Source: Candidatus Methanomethylicaceae archaeon
Lineage (GTDB): Archaea; Thermoproteota; Methanomethylicia; Methanomethylicales; Methanomethylicaceae
Direction: 5' to 3'
Length of the DNA: 64,000 bases
Assembly: GCA_026414165.1 (NCBI GenBank)
Contig: JAOAJN010000003.1
Location: 68,172-132,171, forward strand
A program made the translations under genes and the position numbers. Numbering within the stretch: position 1 is the first letter of the stretch; every line of letters starts with the position of its first letter. The notes under the pieces were generated by a model. That model saw only the letters and a program-made list of their open reading frames with translations. It was not told the DNA's origin and did not search any database. Positions 8,878 through 18,426 of the stretch are shown piece by piece.

Positions 8878-10768
8878 AGTGAAGTTTTTGCCTGAAGGGA
8901 AGAGGATTTCAGTTCCGGCAGGATCCACGGTCATGTCTGCAGCACTAAGGGCAGGCGTTGATTTGGCGAATATCTGTGGTGGAAAGGGTTTCTGTGGCAA
9001 ATGTTTGGTTGAAGTCCTGGACGGTAACGTTCCGCCGCCCACCGACCAAGAGAGGAAGAGGGTTGGCGAGGAGAAGATTAAAAAAGGCTACCGTTTGGCT
9101 TGCCAACTAACCGTCCAGGAGGACGTGACAGTACAGGTGCCAGAGCAAAGTAGGGTCGGTAGGCAGAGACTTGTTATAATGGGCAAGGAGCCGCCAGTCG
9201 CCTTAAACCCGAATGTCAAGAAGGTCTATGTAGAGGTTGCACCACCCTCCCTTCACGATCCTGAGGGGGACGATGTCAGGATAGCCAAGGTACTTGCAGC
9301 AATGGGGCTTGATCCAGTTCTGATAGATTATGAGATCATAAAGAAGATGCCAAAGATCCTTAGGGACGGCGGGTGGAAGGTCACCTTTACCATATTGAAT
9401 AACCGCGAGATTGTGAATGTACAGCCAGAGGACAGAACCAAAGAGCTCTACGGGGTCGCGGTGGACATAGGTACAACCAAGCTTGCTGTCTTTATAGTGG
9501 ATTTATTGGATGGGGGGATCATATTCGCGGAGGGTATAATGAACCCTCAGATAAGATACGGAGAAGATGTAATCTCCAGGATAGGTTATGCTTCTCAGTC
9601 TGATGAGAATCTCAAGGAAGTTCAGAAGGCTATAATTGATGGGATTAATTCACTCATCCAAAGGGGGTTAGAGGAAACAGGGATTAAAGAGGAAGACCTC
9701 TATGAACTCGTTGCTGTGGGGAATACGGCGATGCACCACCTCTTCTTGGGACTTGATGTTAAATGGTTAGGGTTTTCACCCTATCCGCCAGTGGTTGGGA
9801 GGGCATACAACGTTAGAGCTAAGGATTTGGGCATCAGAATAAACCTCGCAGGCAACATTCACATGCTGCCAAACGTTGCAGGTTTTGTCGGGGCCGATGC
9901 GATAGCGGATATTTTGGCATCGAGAATACATGAAAAAGATAGGCTAATACTGCTTATGGATGTGGGGACAAATACTGAGGTAGTATTGGGATGCAGGGAA
10001 GGGCTTTGGTCATGCTCAACCGCATCTGGTCCAGCATTCGAGGGGGCGCACATAAAATGCGGAATGAGAGCCGCAAGTGGTGCCATAGAGAAGGTCAAGA
10101 TAGGGGATGATTTCGAGGTGGAATATGGAACCGTAGATGGGGAGAAAGCCAGAGGGATCTGTGGATCCGGGATAATAGACGCTGTTGCCGAGATGTTAAG
10201 GACTGGAGCAATAGATATGTCAGGGAAGATAGTGCTTCAGGGGCATAAGAGGGTCAGGGACGGAATAGACGGCAAGGAGTTCATTTTAGTGTTTAAAGAG
10301 GAGACAGCATCCGGAAGAGAAGACATAGTAATAACCCAAGAGGATATCAGAGAGGTACAGAAGGCCAAGGCTGCAATGTATGCTGGATACATGACGCTCA
10401 TGAGGAAGAGCGGTTTTAGGAGAGAAGAACTTTCGGAGATAATAATAGCAGGCGCTTTCGGAAATTATATAGATCCAGAGAACGCCAGAATAATAGGAAT
10501 GATACCAGAACTGCAAATATCCAAGATCTCATTTTTGGGAAATACGGCTGGATCTGGTGCAAGGATGTGCCTCAAATCTACAGATGTCAGGCGCGAGGCA
10601 GAGTCTATCGCAAAGGCTATTAAGTATGTTGAGCTTGCAGCCGAACCTATCTTCGAGGAGGAGTATGTTAATGCTATGTACATGCCAAACAGTAAACTGG
10701 AAGATTTTCCTGAAGTCACAGCCAGCGTTAAGGCACCGAGGGTGGTGAGAAGATATGTCAGAAGATAA
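8867..10768 (+). CDS. RACo/DUF4445-type reductive activase: N-terminal plant-type [2Fe-2S] ferredoxin domain fused to an ASKHA ATPase
   Basis: The ferredoxin motif is CGGKGFCGKC...LACQ. The ASKHA motifs are VAVDIGTTKLAV, VGNTAMHHLFLGL and LMDVGTNTEVV. The ATG at 8867 (MEFEVKFLPEGK) overlaps the upstream stop by 11 nt. The ORF track starts at 8843. Confidence 0.8.
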   Translation: MEFEVKFLPEGKRISVPAGSTVMSAALRAGVDLANICGGKGFCGKCLVEVLDGNVPPPTDQERKRVGEEKIKKGYRLACQLTVQEDVTVQVPEQSRVGRQRLVIMGKEPPVALNPNVKKVYVEVAPPSLHDPEGDDVRIAKVLAAMGLDPVLIDYEIIKKMPKILRDGGWKVTFTILNNREIVNVQPEDRTKELYGVAVDIGTTKLAVFIVDLLDGGIIFAEGIMNPQIRYGEDVISRIGYASQSDENLKEVQKAIIDGINSLIQRGLEETGIKEEDLYELVAVGNTAMHHLFLGLDVKWLGFSPYPPVVGRAYNVRAKDLGIRINLAGNIHMLPNVAGFVGADAIADILASRIHEKDRLILLMDVGTNTEVVLGCREGLWSCSTASGPAFEGAHIKCGMRAASGAIEKVKIGDDFEVEYGTVDGEKARGICGSGIIDAVAEMLRTGAIDMSGKIVLQGHKRVRDGIDGKEFILVFKEETASGREDIVITQEDIREVQKAKAAMYAGYMTLMRKSGFRREELSEIIIAGAFGNYIDPENARIIGMIPELQISKISFLGNTAGSGARMCLKSTDVRREAESIAKAIKYVELAAEPIFEEEYVNAMYMPNSKLEDFPEVTASVKAPRVVRRYVRR

Positions 10769-11309
10769 TGTTATAGAAAATTTGATGAGGCTGAAGGGGA
10801 TTATAAAGGTCGTACCTTTGACTCAGGAGGATCGGGCTGAGATCGAAAGGCTTGAGAGGGAGGCAGAAGGGAAGGTCTTGATGGGTCTATGTAAAGGCAT
10901 GAATTTAGGGGTCAGGGAGGCCCTTAGAAAGAAGACCGTTTACGCATGCATAACAAACGCAAGCCTCAGATGGCCAAAGACATCGCTTGTAAAGATAGTC
11001 TGTGGCGAGGAGACCATTGGCGAGGACAAATATGACGAGAATGAGTTGGAAAGGCTAAAAAGTGAGGGGAACCTCGTTGTGGGAAACATCGTCTTCTATA
11101 AAGATAAGATACGCCTGATGAGGGAGAATATTGATAAGATAAGCTTACTTATGCTCCCCCTAAAAATACCTGAGTTAGAGGGGCTGGGGATGGTTATAGG
11201 AAGCCCCTCTCCCCCTGCAGATTTGTATTTAAAGAAGAAGTTAGGGGCCTCGGAAGATGATCCAAATATTGGGACGGTAATTGTCGGCGTGGGAGGGGAT
11301 CAAGGGTAA
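10755..11309 (+). CDS. Hypothetical protein (184 aa), translationally coupled to the RACo-like gene
   Basis: A 14-nt overlap with the preceding gene and normal composition. I recognise no family. Confidence 0.5.
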   Translation: MSEDNVIENLMRLKGIIKVVPLTQEDRAEIERLEREAEGKVLMGLCKGMNLGVREALRKKTVYACITNASLRWPKTSLVKIVCGEETIGEDKYDENELERLKSEGNLVVGNIVFYKDKIRLMRENIDKISLLMLPLKIPELEGLGMVIGSPSPPADLYLKKKLGASEDDPNIGTVIVGVGGDQG

Positions 11310-11419
11310 AAACCCGGAGCCGATAGCCTTCACCTTTTTAGAAGAATGAGGGCAGATAAAATTTATTGAGAGTAACCATATATATGCGTTTTTGCATATA
11401 AATGTACAGGGAATTTTGT

Positions 11420-11923
11420 ATGTGGAAAGAGATAGAGAAATTCTTCTCTGGTGCCCCAGCTAAGCTTAAGGTGGCAAGGCTGATGGTTGAGCTCGGGTTT
11501 GGTATAAATGAGAAAGGGAAAGTGGTCTGCGGTAACGTAGAGATAGCAGACACCAGCATAGCAAAGGCAGTTAATGTTGACAGGAGAGTTGTCAGAGAGG
11601 CGGTAAAGGACATTTTGGGCGACATTAGAATGAGGAGAATTTTTTCTGGGCTGAGGCCTGCAGGTAGTTTTTTAAAGGATATAGCACCAGACCTGGGCTA
11701 CAGCGTTGTTGAGATCAGGGCGCGTCCAGACGCAGTCGGGGTGATAGCAAAGGCAACCAGTTATATAGCGGAGGCAGGAGTAAGCATCAGGCAGATTTTG
11801 GCGGAGGATCCAGATCTGAACCCAGATCCGAAATTGCTGATAATAACCGAGAGGCAGATCCCTGGAGAAGTTGTTTCCAAGCTTTTGACAATACCCACAG
11901 TCACTAAGGTGAGTCTGAGCTAA
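11420..11923 (+). CDS. ACT-domain regulator of amino-acid metabolism (COG2150-like)
   Basis: MWKEIEKFFSGAPAKLKVARLMVELG... with a C-terminal ACT-like segment VVEIRARPDAVGVIAKATSYIAEAGVSIRQI. The element GCATATAAATG at ~11390-11400 sits about 25 nt before ATG 11420, suggesting a leaderless transcript. The ORF track starts at 11402. Confidence 0.6.
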   Translation: MWKEIEKFFSGAPAKLKVARLMVELGFGINEKGKVVCGNVEIADTSIAKAVNVDRRVVREAVKDILGDIRMRRIFSGLRPAGSFLKDIAPDLGYSVVEIRARPDAVGVIAKATSYIAEAGVSIRQILAEDPDLNPDPKLLIITERQIPGEVVSKLLTIPTVTKVSLS

Positions 11924-12003
11924 CCTTAAGCAGAGAAATACTCATTAAGTACAATATTAAAGGCAAGATAAATAAGAAATAGTCAGAATCTAATCAGAGT
12001 TGA

Positions 12004-13368
12004 CTAGATTCTTAGTGGCAGGTCTTCGAACGCAAAGCCCTTCGGCTCGCAGTTCTCGGGTAAGGCGCCCGAAATATATTCCCCGTACCCCCCTAAGTCT
12101 AAGAGGCCGTGTCCGCTTAGGTTGAACAGTATGACTTTTTTCTCATTCTTTTCCTTACAAATTCTTGCAATCTCCATAGCCATATAGACCGCATGGGCGC
12201 TCTCAGGGGCGGGCACAATGCCCTCGCACCGCGAGAACGTCTTGCCGGCCTCGAATACGTCTCTCTGTATGGCAGCCGCTGGCTTAATGATGCGGTTTTT
12301 GACGAGAATGCTCATAGATGGTGCCTTGCCATGGTATCTCAGTCCGCCAGCATGTATTGGGGGCGTCACGAAATTGTGCCCCACCGTGTACATTGGAAGT
12401 AAGGGAGTCAATCCAGCGGTGTCACCAAAGTCGTAGGCATAAACACCTTTTGTGAATGACGGGACTGCAGTGGGCTCCACAGATATGAATTCTGCTTCGA
12501 GTTTTCCATTAAGTTTGTCTTGTATGAAGGGGTAAGCCAAACCAGCGTAATTGCTTCCACCTCCCACGCAGCCAATTACATAATCAGGAGTGCGGTCAAT
12601 TACTGCCATCTGCATCTTTGCTTCTTGACCTATGACGGTCTGGTGCATCAGGACGTGGTTCAAGACAGAGCCCAAAGAGTATTTGGATTTCGGATCTTTG
12701 ATTACGGTTTCTATTGCTTCGCTTATTGCTACACCTAGGCTTCCAGGATGGTCTGGTCGCTCCGTAAGAACCTTGCGCCCAAACTCTGTTACGGTGCTCG
12801 GGGAGGGGAACACCTCAGCCCCGTAAAGCTCCATTACTATCCGCCTATATGGTTTCTGGTTGTAAGAGGCTCTAGTCATAAAAACCCTGCACTTAAGATT
12901 GAAGAAGGATGTTGCTAACGCCAGTGCAGTCCCCCACTGACCGGCCCCCGTCTCTGTGACCAGCCGCTCCACGCCCTCCTTCATGTTGTAGTAGGCTTGG
13001 GCCACTGCCGTGTTTCCTTTATGGCTACCAGCAGGCGAAACTCCCTCGTACTTGTAGTATATCTCTGCAGGAGTTTGAAGGTGTTCCTCGAGCCTTTTTG
13101 CCCTTATAAGAGGGGTTGGTCTGCCAAGCCGGGCATAGATTTCCCTCACTTCGTCCGGTATTTGCACAAAGCGCTCTGTTGAGACCTCCTGCATCACTAA
13201 GGATTTGGGAAAGATCGCGAAGAGTGCCTCCGGACTGATGGGCTTTTTTGTTGAGGGATCGAGTGGAGGCGGCATAGGCTCAGGCAGATCTGGAAGAATG
13301 TTGTACCAATACTTAGGGATCTCATCCAATGAGAGGTCTACACGTATTTTGCTCTTATCAGTAGACAT
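12004..13368 (-). CDS. trpB2: TrpB2-type tryptophan synthase beta-like PLP enzyme
   Basis: 454 aa, with the long N-terminal extension [18 protein letters not shown] typical of TrpB2. It carries the PLP lysine context GSHKGNTA and GGGSN. No other trp genes are nearby. Confidence 0.9.
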   Translation of the reverse strand: MSTDKSKIRVDLSLDEIPKYWYNILPDLPEPMPPPLDPSTKKPISPEALFAIFPKSLVMQEVSTERFVQIPDEVREIYARLGRPTPLIRAKRLEEHLQTPAEIYYKYEGVSPAGSHKGNTAVAQAYYNMKEGVERLVTETGAGQWGTALALATSFFNLKCRVFMTRASYNQKPYRRIVMELYGAEVFPSPSTVTEFGRKVLTERPDHPGSLGVAISEAIETVIKDPKSKYSLGSVLNHVLMHQTVIGQEAKMQMAVIDRTPDYVIGCVGGGSNYAGLAYPFIQDKLNGKLEAEFISVEPTAVPSFTKGVYAYDFGDTAGLTPLLPMYTVGHNFVTPPIHAGGLRYHGKAPSMSILVKNRIIKPAAAIQRDVFEAGKTFSRCEGIVPAPESAHAVYMAMEIARICKEKNEKKVILFNLSGHGLLDLGGYGEYISGALPENCEPKGFAFEDLPLRI

Positions 13369-13439
13369 GTTATCACCAGTGAACTGAATAGGTTATAGAT
13401 AACTATATTTAAGCGTTGTTGTACACATATATACAAAAA

Positions 13440-14135
13440 TTATTGGTTTAGGGCGATCGCAAAGTCCTTCAAGATCTTTTCGGGGTCCTTTGCCTTTACA
13501 ACACCTGATGCTACCAAGACCCCCTCGGAGCCTAGCTCTATCGCCCTCAAAACATCCATACCGTCTGTTATGCCAGCCCCACAGAGCACATGTGTCGTGG
13601 AACTTACGGACTTTATCATCTCGACTGAAGATCTTATAACTTCGGGCTTGGCTTTAGATACGGAAATACCGCTTCCTATGAGCTCTGGCGGCTCTATTGC
13701 AACCATGTCAGGATTTAGGATCGATAATGCCTTGCCTATTAGAGAGGTATTGGCGCATACGCATGTTAGAAGCCCTAATTCTCTGCTCCTTTTTATGGAA
13801 TCTTCGATAATATCGGCTCTAAGGCGGCGTTCTGAATGGTTCAACAAAGTGCCACATGCCCCCGCTTCCTTAATTGATTCCGGAGAAATATGCCCAGTGT
13901 GGGATCCTGCGGGTTCTGGGTCTAAATGCTGGGAGAAAACGGGGATTGAAACTTCGCTTGCTATCCTAGGAATATCTACAAATTGTGGTGCCACGACCAT
14001 GCAGACCCCATACTCCTTAGAAATTCTTTCAACGGTCTTCGCGAGGAGAAGACCTCTATTTCCAAGAGACTCTAGATAAGTCTTGTAGTTTATCAGAACG
14101 AGCGGATACGCGACCTTCACTTGTTTCACCGTCAA
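13440..14135 (-). CDS. tpiA: Triosephosphate isomerase (archaeal short type)
   Basis: LINYKTY...GTLLNHSERRL...AIEPPELIGSG...CGAGI, at the archaeal TIM length (~230 aa). Confidence 0.9.
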   Translation of the reverse strand: MTVKQVKVAYPLVLINYKTYLESLGNRGLLLAKTVERISKEYGVCMVVAPQFVDIPRIASEVSIPVFSQHLDPEPAGSHTGHISPESIKEAGACGTLLNHSERRLRADIIEDSIKRSRELGLLTCVCANTSLIGKALSILNPDMVAIEPPELIGSGISVSKAKPEVIRSSVEMIKSVSSTTHVLCGAGITDGMDVLRAIELGSEGVLVASGVVKAKDPEKILKDFAIALNQ

Positions 14136-14217
14136 TCTATTAGAGAGAAGGATAATATTAGCCTGTGGATTTTCGGCATCAATGGCTTAGCATTTACTGG
14201 CAGTTTCAGCTTATTGT

Positions 14218-14496
14218 TCACTTATTTTTTACTGATTCGAAATTTTCGGTGGACTCTTTCTTCTCGGGTTCTTTAAACTCGGGCAACTCGTCGAGTGGCT
14301 TAGGAGGAGGGGTTGTAGCCATGGTGTAGCCAATCCATCCAGCGATGCCAAGCACTGCTAGAACCCCGATAAGTACAGGAATTACTATTGCCCACCAGCT
14401 ATATGGGGAGAAGAAGAGCCAGTAAATATAAACAATTATCAGGACCATTGATACTGTGAGTATCCCAGCACCCATCATCTGGTCTTTTGTGGCCAT
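14218..14496 (-). CDS. Small two-helix membrane protein
   Basis: Two hydrophobic helices followed by a Pro/Glu/Lys-rich tail. Family unknown. Confidence 0.45.
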   Translation of the reverse strand: MATKDQMMGAGILTVSMVLIIVYIYWLFFSPYSWWAIVIPVLIGVLAVLGIAGWIGYTMATTPPPKPLDELPEFKEPEKKESTENFESVKNK

Positions 14497-14626
14497 AAAT
14501 ACATCAGCCTGTTACCATATTGATGGTGCGCGAAATTTAACTCTATCGGCAGGAAGGTCTTCAGCATTCAGGCAATATAGTTTATGCTTTTATACAATGC
14601 AACATAGATCTGGGATGGGGGAAAAT

Positions 14627-15454
14627 ATGAAGGTTGACGCACTTCAAAGATTAGATGTTATAGGAGCAGAGAGGCTCATAATCCAGTTTATAAAAAATTC
14701 GGTAAAAGATAAGGGAGTTGTCTTTGGGCTTAGCGGCGGTTTAGACTCCTCAGCGACTGCAGGAATTTTGGCGAGAGCGTTAGAAAGAGATAAGATACTG
14801 GCCCTAATAATGCCAGAAGCAACCTCGACCCCCAAAGCAGATATTGACGATGCCGTGAAAGTTGCAGAGATCTTTGGTTTAAGGTACAAGATCGTTGAGA
14901 TAACAGAGATTGTAGAGAGCTTTCTAAAACATGTTGGCAGATATGGTGAAAGGGTGGCGGAGGGCAACCTTAAGGCTAGAATAAGGATGGCGGTACTTTA
15001 CTACTTCGCAAATGTTGAAAAGAGGATCGTTGTTGGAACCGGCGACAGGAGCGAACTTGTCATAGGTTATTTTACAAAGTATGGTGATGGCGGCGTTGAT
15101 ATCTTGCCCATTGGAGGGTTGTATAAGACACAGGTTAGGTTTCTGGCAAAGCATCTAGGGGTGTCTGAGGAGATCGCAGATAAACAGAGTAGTCCAAGAC
15201 TCTGGCCCGGACACTCCATAAAGGAGGAGTTGGGCGTGGATTACGACGAAATTGATACAATACTTTACTATCACTTGGACCTTGGATATGGGTTAAGTGA
15301 GATAGTTGAAATCGTTGGTGAGGAAAAAAGGCAAAAGGTTGAAATGGTTTTGAAAAGAGTCGTAGAGAATGCACATAAACTTTCTACCCCGCCGATACCA
15401 ATACTACCTCCCAGCGTACTCTTTGGCAGGGGCGTGGTAAAACGATCTCCTTGA
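14627..15454 (+). CDS. nadE: NH3-dependent NAD+ synthetase
   Basis: The PP-loop motif is GLSGGLDSS, and YFTKYGDGG is also present. The ATG at 14627 (MKVDALQRL) avoids the implausible extension from 14456, which overlaps the neighbouring gene. Confidence 0.85.
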   Translation: MKVDALQRLDVIGAERLIIQFIKNSVKDKGVVFGLSGGLDSSATAGILARALERDKILALIMPEATSTPKADIDDAVKVAEIFGLRYKIVEITEIVESFLKHVGRYGERVAEGNLKARIRMAVLYYFANVEKRIVVGTGDRSELVIGYFTKYGDGGVDILPIGGLYKTQVRFLAKHLGVSEEIADKQSSPRLWPGHSIKEELGVDYDEIDTILYYHLDLGYGLSEIVEIVGEEKRQKVEMVLKRVVENAHKLSTPPIPILPPSVLFGRGVVKRSP

Positions 15455-15966
15455 AAGACTTGGAGTTCAGGCTAATGAGGGGGGAGCCGTTCGAGGGGAT
15501 CCTGAAAAGATCAGGGTGGAAAGATTTCGAGGAGCTCACATCAGCCATAATGAAAGAGGCGGGATTTTTAACTTTTAGAAATTTTAGATTTTCTTCTAGG
15601 AGAAAGAGATACGAGATCGACGTAATAGCCCTGGAGAATCCAAGGATAATATTGGTCGACTGCAAACGGTGGGAACTGAGACGGGGAAAGACCTCAGCCC
15701 TTAAAACTTCTGCGTTGAGACACCTGAACAGGAGCCTAGAATTTTTGGGCAAGGTGCAGGAGTTTAAGGCTCTTAATGTTATCAACTGGAAGACGGTGAT
15801 TGTCATTCCAATTATTGTGACTCTTTATGAAGAAGGCATAGTTGAATATGAAAAAGTACTGATCGTGCCATTATTCAAGATGAAGTCATTCTTAGAGGGC
15901 TTGAGAAGCGGGTTATTCGACCAGTTTTCTGGACAGGTTCTCAACTTGGAGCGGTGGAGAGATTAA
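15451..15966 (+). CDS. PD-(D/E)xK nuclease-fold protein (restriction-endonuclease-like)
   Basis: The motif YEIDVIA...ILVDCKRW fits D...(D/E)xK. Its start overlaps the nadE stop by 4 nt. Function unknown. Confidence 0.4.
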   Translation: MKDLEFRLMRGEPFEGILKRSGWKDFEELTSAIMKEAGFLTFRNFRFSSRRKRYEIDVIALENPRIILVDCKRWELRRGKTSALKTSALRHLNRSLEFLGKVQEFKALNVINWKTVIVIPIIVTLYEEGIVEYEKVLIVPLFKMKSFLEGLRSGLFDQFSGQVLNLERWRD

Positions 15967-17330
15967 AGCGACTTGGACAGTTTCAGGGCACGCATAACTA
16001 CTTCCACTGGATCCTTTCCCAGTATTATCACCATTGGCTCCTTTCCATGATCTCCAGTGTGGTAGATTATCTCTGGTATGCGACCTGCGGATTTGATGGC
16101 CTCTCTGACGCCCCACGGTATTGTGGCACCTTCTTTTTCTTTTATTTCGGGAGGTTCTTTGGTCCTATCATAATAGCCTGCGACCCATCCTAGCCTCTCA
16201 CATGCAGATATTATCTCTTTTGAGTAACGAATATTCATTGCCGATCTCATGGTTGGGTCGTATTGCATCACAGTAAGTACCACATTAGCAACATGCTTTG
16301 ATGCACCAAAAGTAGGACAAGATGTAGCCCTCAACCTTCCGCCTACATTGGTGATCCGCCCTGGCACGCCACAAACCGCCTCAACACCCTTGGCGTATGG
16401 ATGAGGCAGAGCCATCACCAAGTTTATCTGACATTCTGGCACCAATTGTGCTAGCGAGTCTAATGACTCTAGCATACTCAAGGCGTCTTGCATTCTTGCG
16501 AGTACACGGTAACGCTCGGCATCAATTCGCAGGTTGCTCATAGGGTCAACGGGACCGACCCCTTTGCCTATTCTAAGTCCATAAAGAATTGCGTTCAGTA
16601 CAAAGTTCTTTGCCTCTCTGACAGAATCCTCAAGAGAAAGTCCGAGTGCGAGGTAGGCAGCGATTGCAGAAGAGAAAGTGCACCCGGTGCCGTGGGTTGT
16701 CGGAGAATCCACTCTTGGCGAACGGAATTCTTTAACAGTGCCGTCATTCATGCAGAGGACGTCCACGGCATCGCCTTTCAGGTGCCCGCCTTTCACAACC
16801 ACAGCCTTTGGACCCAAACCTATCAGATACTTTCCAGCTTTTACAGAGTCTTCAACAGTTTCTATTTTCATTCCAGTAAGCACTTCGGCTTCATCTAAGT
16901 TAGGGGTGACAACCTCAGCTAGTGGAATGAGCTCCTCCTTAAGTGAAAGGACAGCATCGCTTCGTAGCAAAGGTGCCCCAGATTTTGCTACCATCACGGG
17001 GTCAACCACAACCTTCAAACCGAACTTTTTGATCGACTTCGCAACCTCTCTAATTATTGTTGAGGAAGACAACATGCCGGTCTTTGCGAAGTCAACACCA
17101 ATGTCCTTGACCACTGCCTCTATCTGAAGATGCACCATCTCGGGGGGGAGTTCGTGGACGCCAATGACTCCTGTGGTGTTCTGTGCCGTGACCGCTGTAA
17201 GGGCGACAAGTCCATGGACTCCAATAGATGCAAATGTCTTTAGGTCCGCCTCGATCCCAGCGCCTCCTCCAGAATCTGAGCCTGCTATCGTTAGGACTGT
17301 TGGTATTTTGGGCTTCAAGATTGACACCAC
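15963..17330 (-). CDS. thiDN: Bifunctional ThiD (HMP/HMP-P kinase) / ThiN (thiamine-phosphate synthase) protein
   Basis: The N-terminus [20 protein letters not shown]...TAQNT is ThiD. The C-terminus [14 protein letters not shown]...MNIRYS is the ThiN domain. Confidence 0.9.
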   Translation of the reverse strand: MVSILKPKIPTVLTIAGSDSGGGAGIEADLKTFASIGVHGLVALTAVTAQNTTGVIGVHELPPEMVHLQIEAVVKDIGVDFAKTGMLSSSTIIREVAKSIKKFGLKVVVDPVMVAKSGAPLLRSDAVLSLKEELIPLAEVVTPNLDEAEVLTGMKIETVEDSVKAGKYLIGLGPKAVVVKGGHLKGDAVDVLCMNDGTVKEFRSPRVDSPTTHGTGCTFSSAIAAYLALGLSLEDSVREAKNFVLNAILYGLRIGKGVGPVDPMSNLRIDAERYRVLARMQDALSMLESLDSLAQLVPECQINLVMALPHPYAKGVEAVCGVPGRITNVGGRLRATSCPTFGASKHVANVVLTVMQYDPTMRSAMNIRYSKEIISACERLGWVAGYYDRTKEPPEIKEKEGATIPWGVREAIKSAGRIPEIIYHTGDHGKEPMVIILGKDPVEVVMRALKLSKSL

Positions 17331-17411
17331 AAACTATAATAGATCTTTAATCACTTTTATAAGTATGCAATATAAAGGTTATAATAATTACTTTATAATG
17401 GAGGGCGAGCT
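17331..17411. promoter_or_regulatory. Divergent thiDN / thiR promoter region with a repeated ACTTT(T)ATAA element
   Basis: ACTTTTATAAGT (17353-17364, near-palindromic) and ACTTTATAAT (17390-17399). GGAGGG lies 5 nt before the TTG start at 17412. Confidence 0.4.
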
Positions 17412-18392
17412 TTGAACCCGCCTTGTGAGATTACAGTCAGAGTTCTTCTGCCAGCACTCAGGGTCCTAATAGCAAAAGAGCTTTCAGATACCTATGGATG
17501 GACGCAGACAAGGATAGCAAGAAAACTAGGGGTGACGCAGGCAGCCGTCAGTGGATATTTGGCACAGGATGAAAAAGAGGTGATTTTGCCACCATTCAGC
17601 GTGGAAGAGCTCTCGTCCCTTGCAAAGAGCATTACATCAGAAATAAACATGAAGAGGCTGACATATACAGACCTTATAAACCACATCTGTAAGATCTGCC
17701 TGAGCCTAAGGAGGGGCGGAACGATTTGCCATGCTCACAAGATGAAGATCCATGAGCTTGAAGATGAGAGATGCGCAATCTGCATGCAGCTGCACATGAG
17801 TTTGGCAGACGTATCGGATTTAAGGCGCAGGATCCTAAGCGAGGTTAAGTTAGCCGTAGATGCCCTTGAGACCTGCCAAGATTTTACATTGTTGCTCCCA
17901 GAGGTTTATTCCAACATTGTAATGGCTCTAAAGGAGGCGAAGACCATATCTGATGTAGCTGGAGTGCCAGGAAGGATTGTTCGATTCAGAGGGAAAGCGA
18001 AGGCTTTGATGAATCCCGAGTTCGGAGTGTCTGGGCATCTTGGAAAAGTCCTGCTTGCTGCAATGAGGGTCAACCCCAACATTAGGTCGGCAATGAACAT
18101 AAAGTATGATGTAGACGTTATGACTGTGTTGAATAAATTAAATCTCAAGTATTTCATACTTAAGAGGGACCCTGCATATAAGGAGGGGGAGGACGAGCTC
18201 ATTAGGTTTATAGAGGAGCTGGCGAAGAGGGGAGAGGGATGGTTCGATGCAATTGTGGATGAGGGAGGATTCGGTATAGAACCAAACGTTTACCTATTCG
18301 ATGAGAATGCCACCAAGCTTGCCGATAGGGTTGTGAGGATTGCCAGAATGGTTGGAGTTCTTAAGAAGGGAGGCAATCATAAGAGCAAATAG
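17412..18392 (+). CDS. thiR: ThiR-like regulator: HTH domain, Cys/His-rich linker and ThiN-like sensor domain
   Basis: The HTH is [21 protein letters not shown]. The C-terminus [50 protein letters not shown] is visibly paralogous to the ThiN part of the divergent thiDN gene. Confidence 0.7.
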   Translation: MNPPCEITVRVLLPALRVLIAKELSDTYGWTQTRIARKLGVTQAAVSGYLAQDEKEVILPPFSVEELSSLAKSITSEINMKRLTYTDLINHICKICLSLRRGGTICHAHKMKIHELEDERCAICMQLHMSLADVSDLRRRILSEVKLAVDALETCQDFTLLLPEVYSNIVMALKEAKTISDVAGVPGRIVRFRGKAKALMNPEFGVSGHLGKVLLAAMRVNPNIRSAMNIKYDVDVMTVLNKLNLKYFILKRDPAYKEGEDELIRFIEELAKRGEGWFDAIVDEGGFGIEPNVYLFDENATKLADRVVRIARMVGVLKKGGNHKSK

Positions 18393-18426
18393 TTAATATT
18401 ATTTTTGAGCTTATTTTTGGATAGTT

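Noticed and set aside
13570-14079. Long antisense ORFs opposite tpiA. The same pattern occurs at 16488-17127 opposite thiDN, 31571-32119 opposite the XRE and ABC genes, 32862-33380 opposite the permease, and 60253-60675 opposite pgm.
   Set aside because: Each is nested in a gene with clear catalytic motifs on the other strand and has no recognisable motif of its own.
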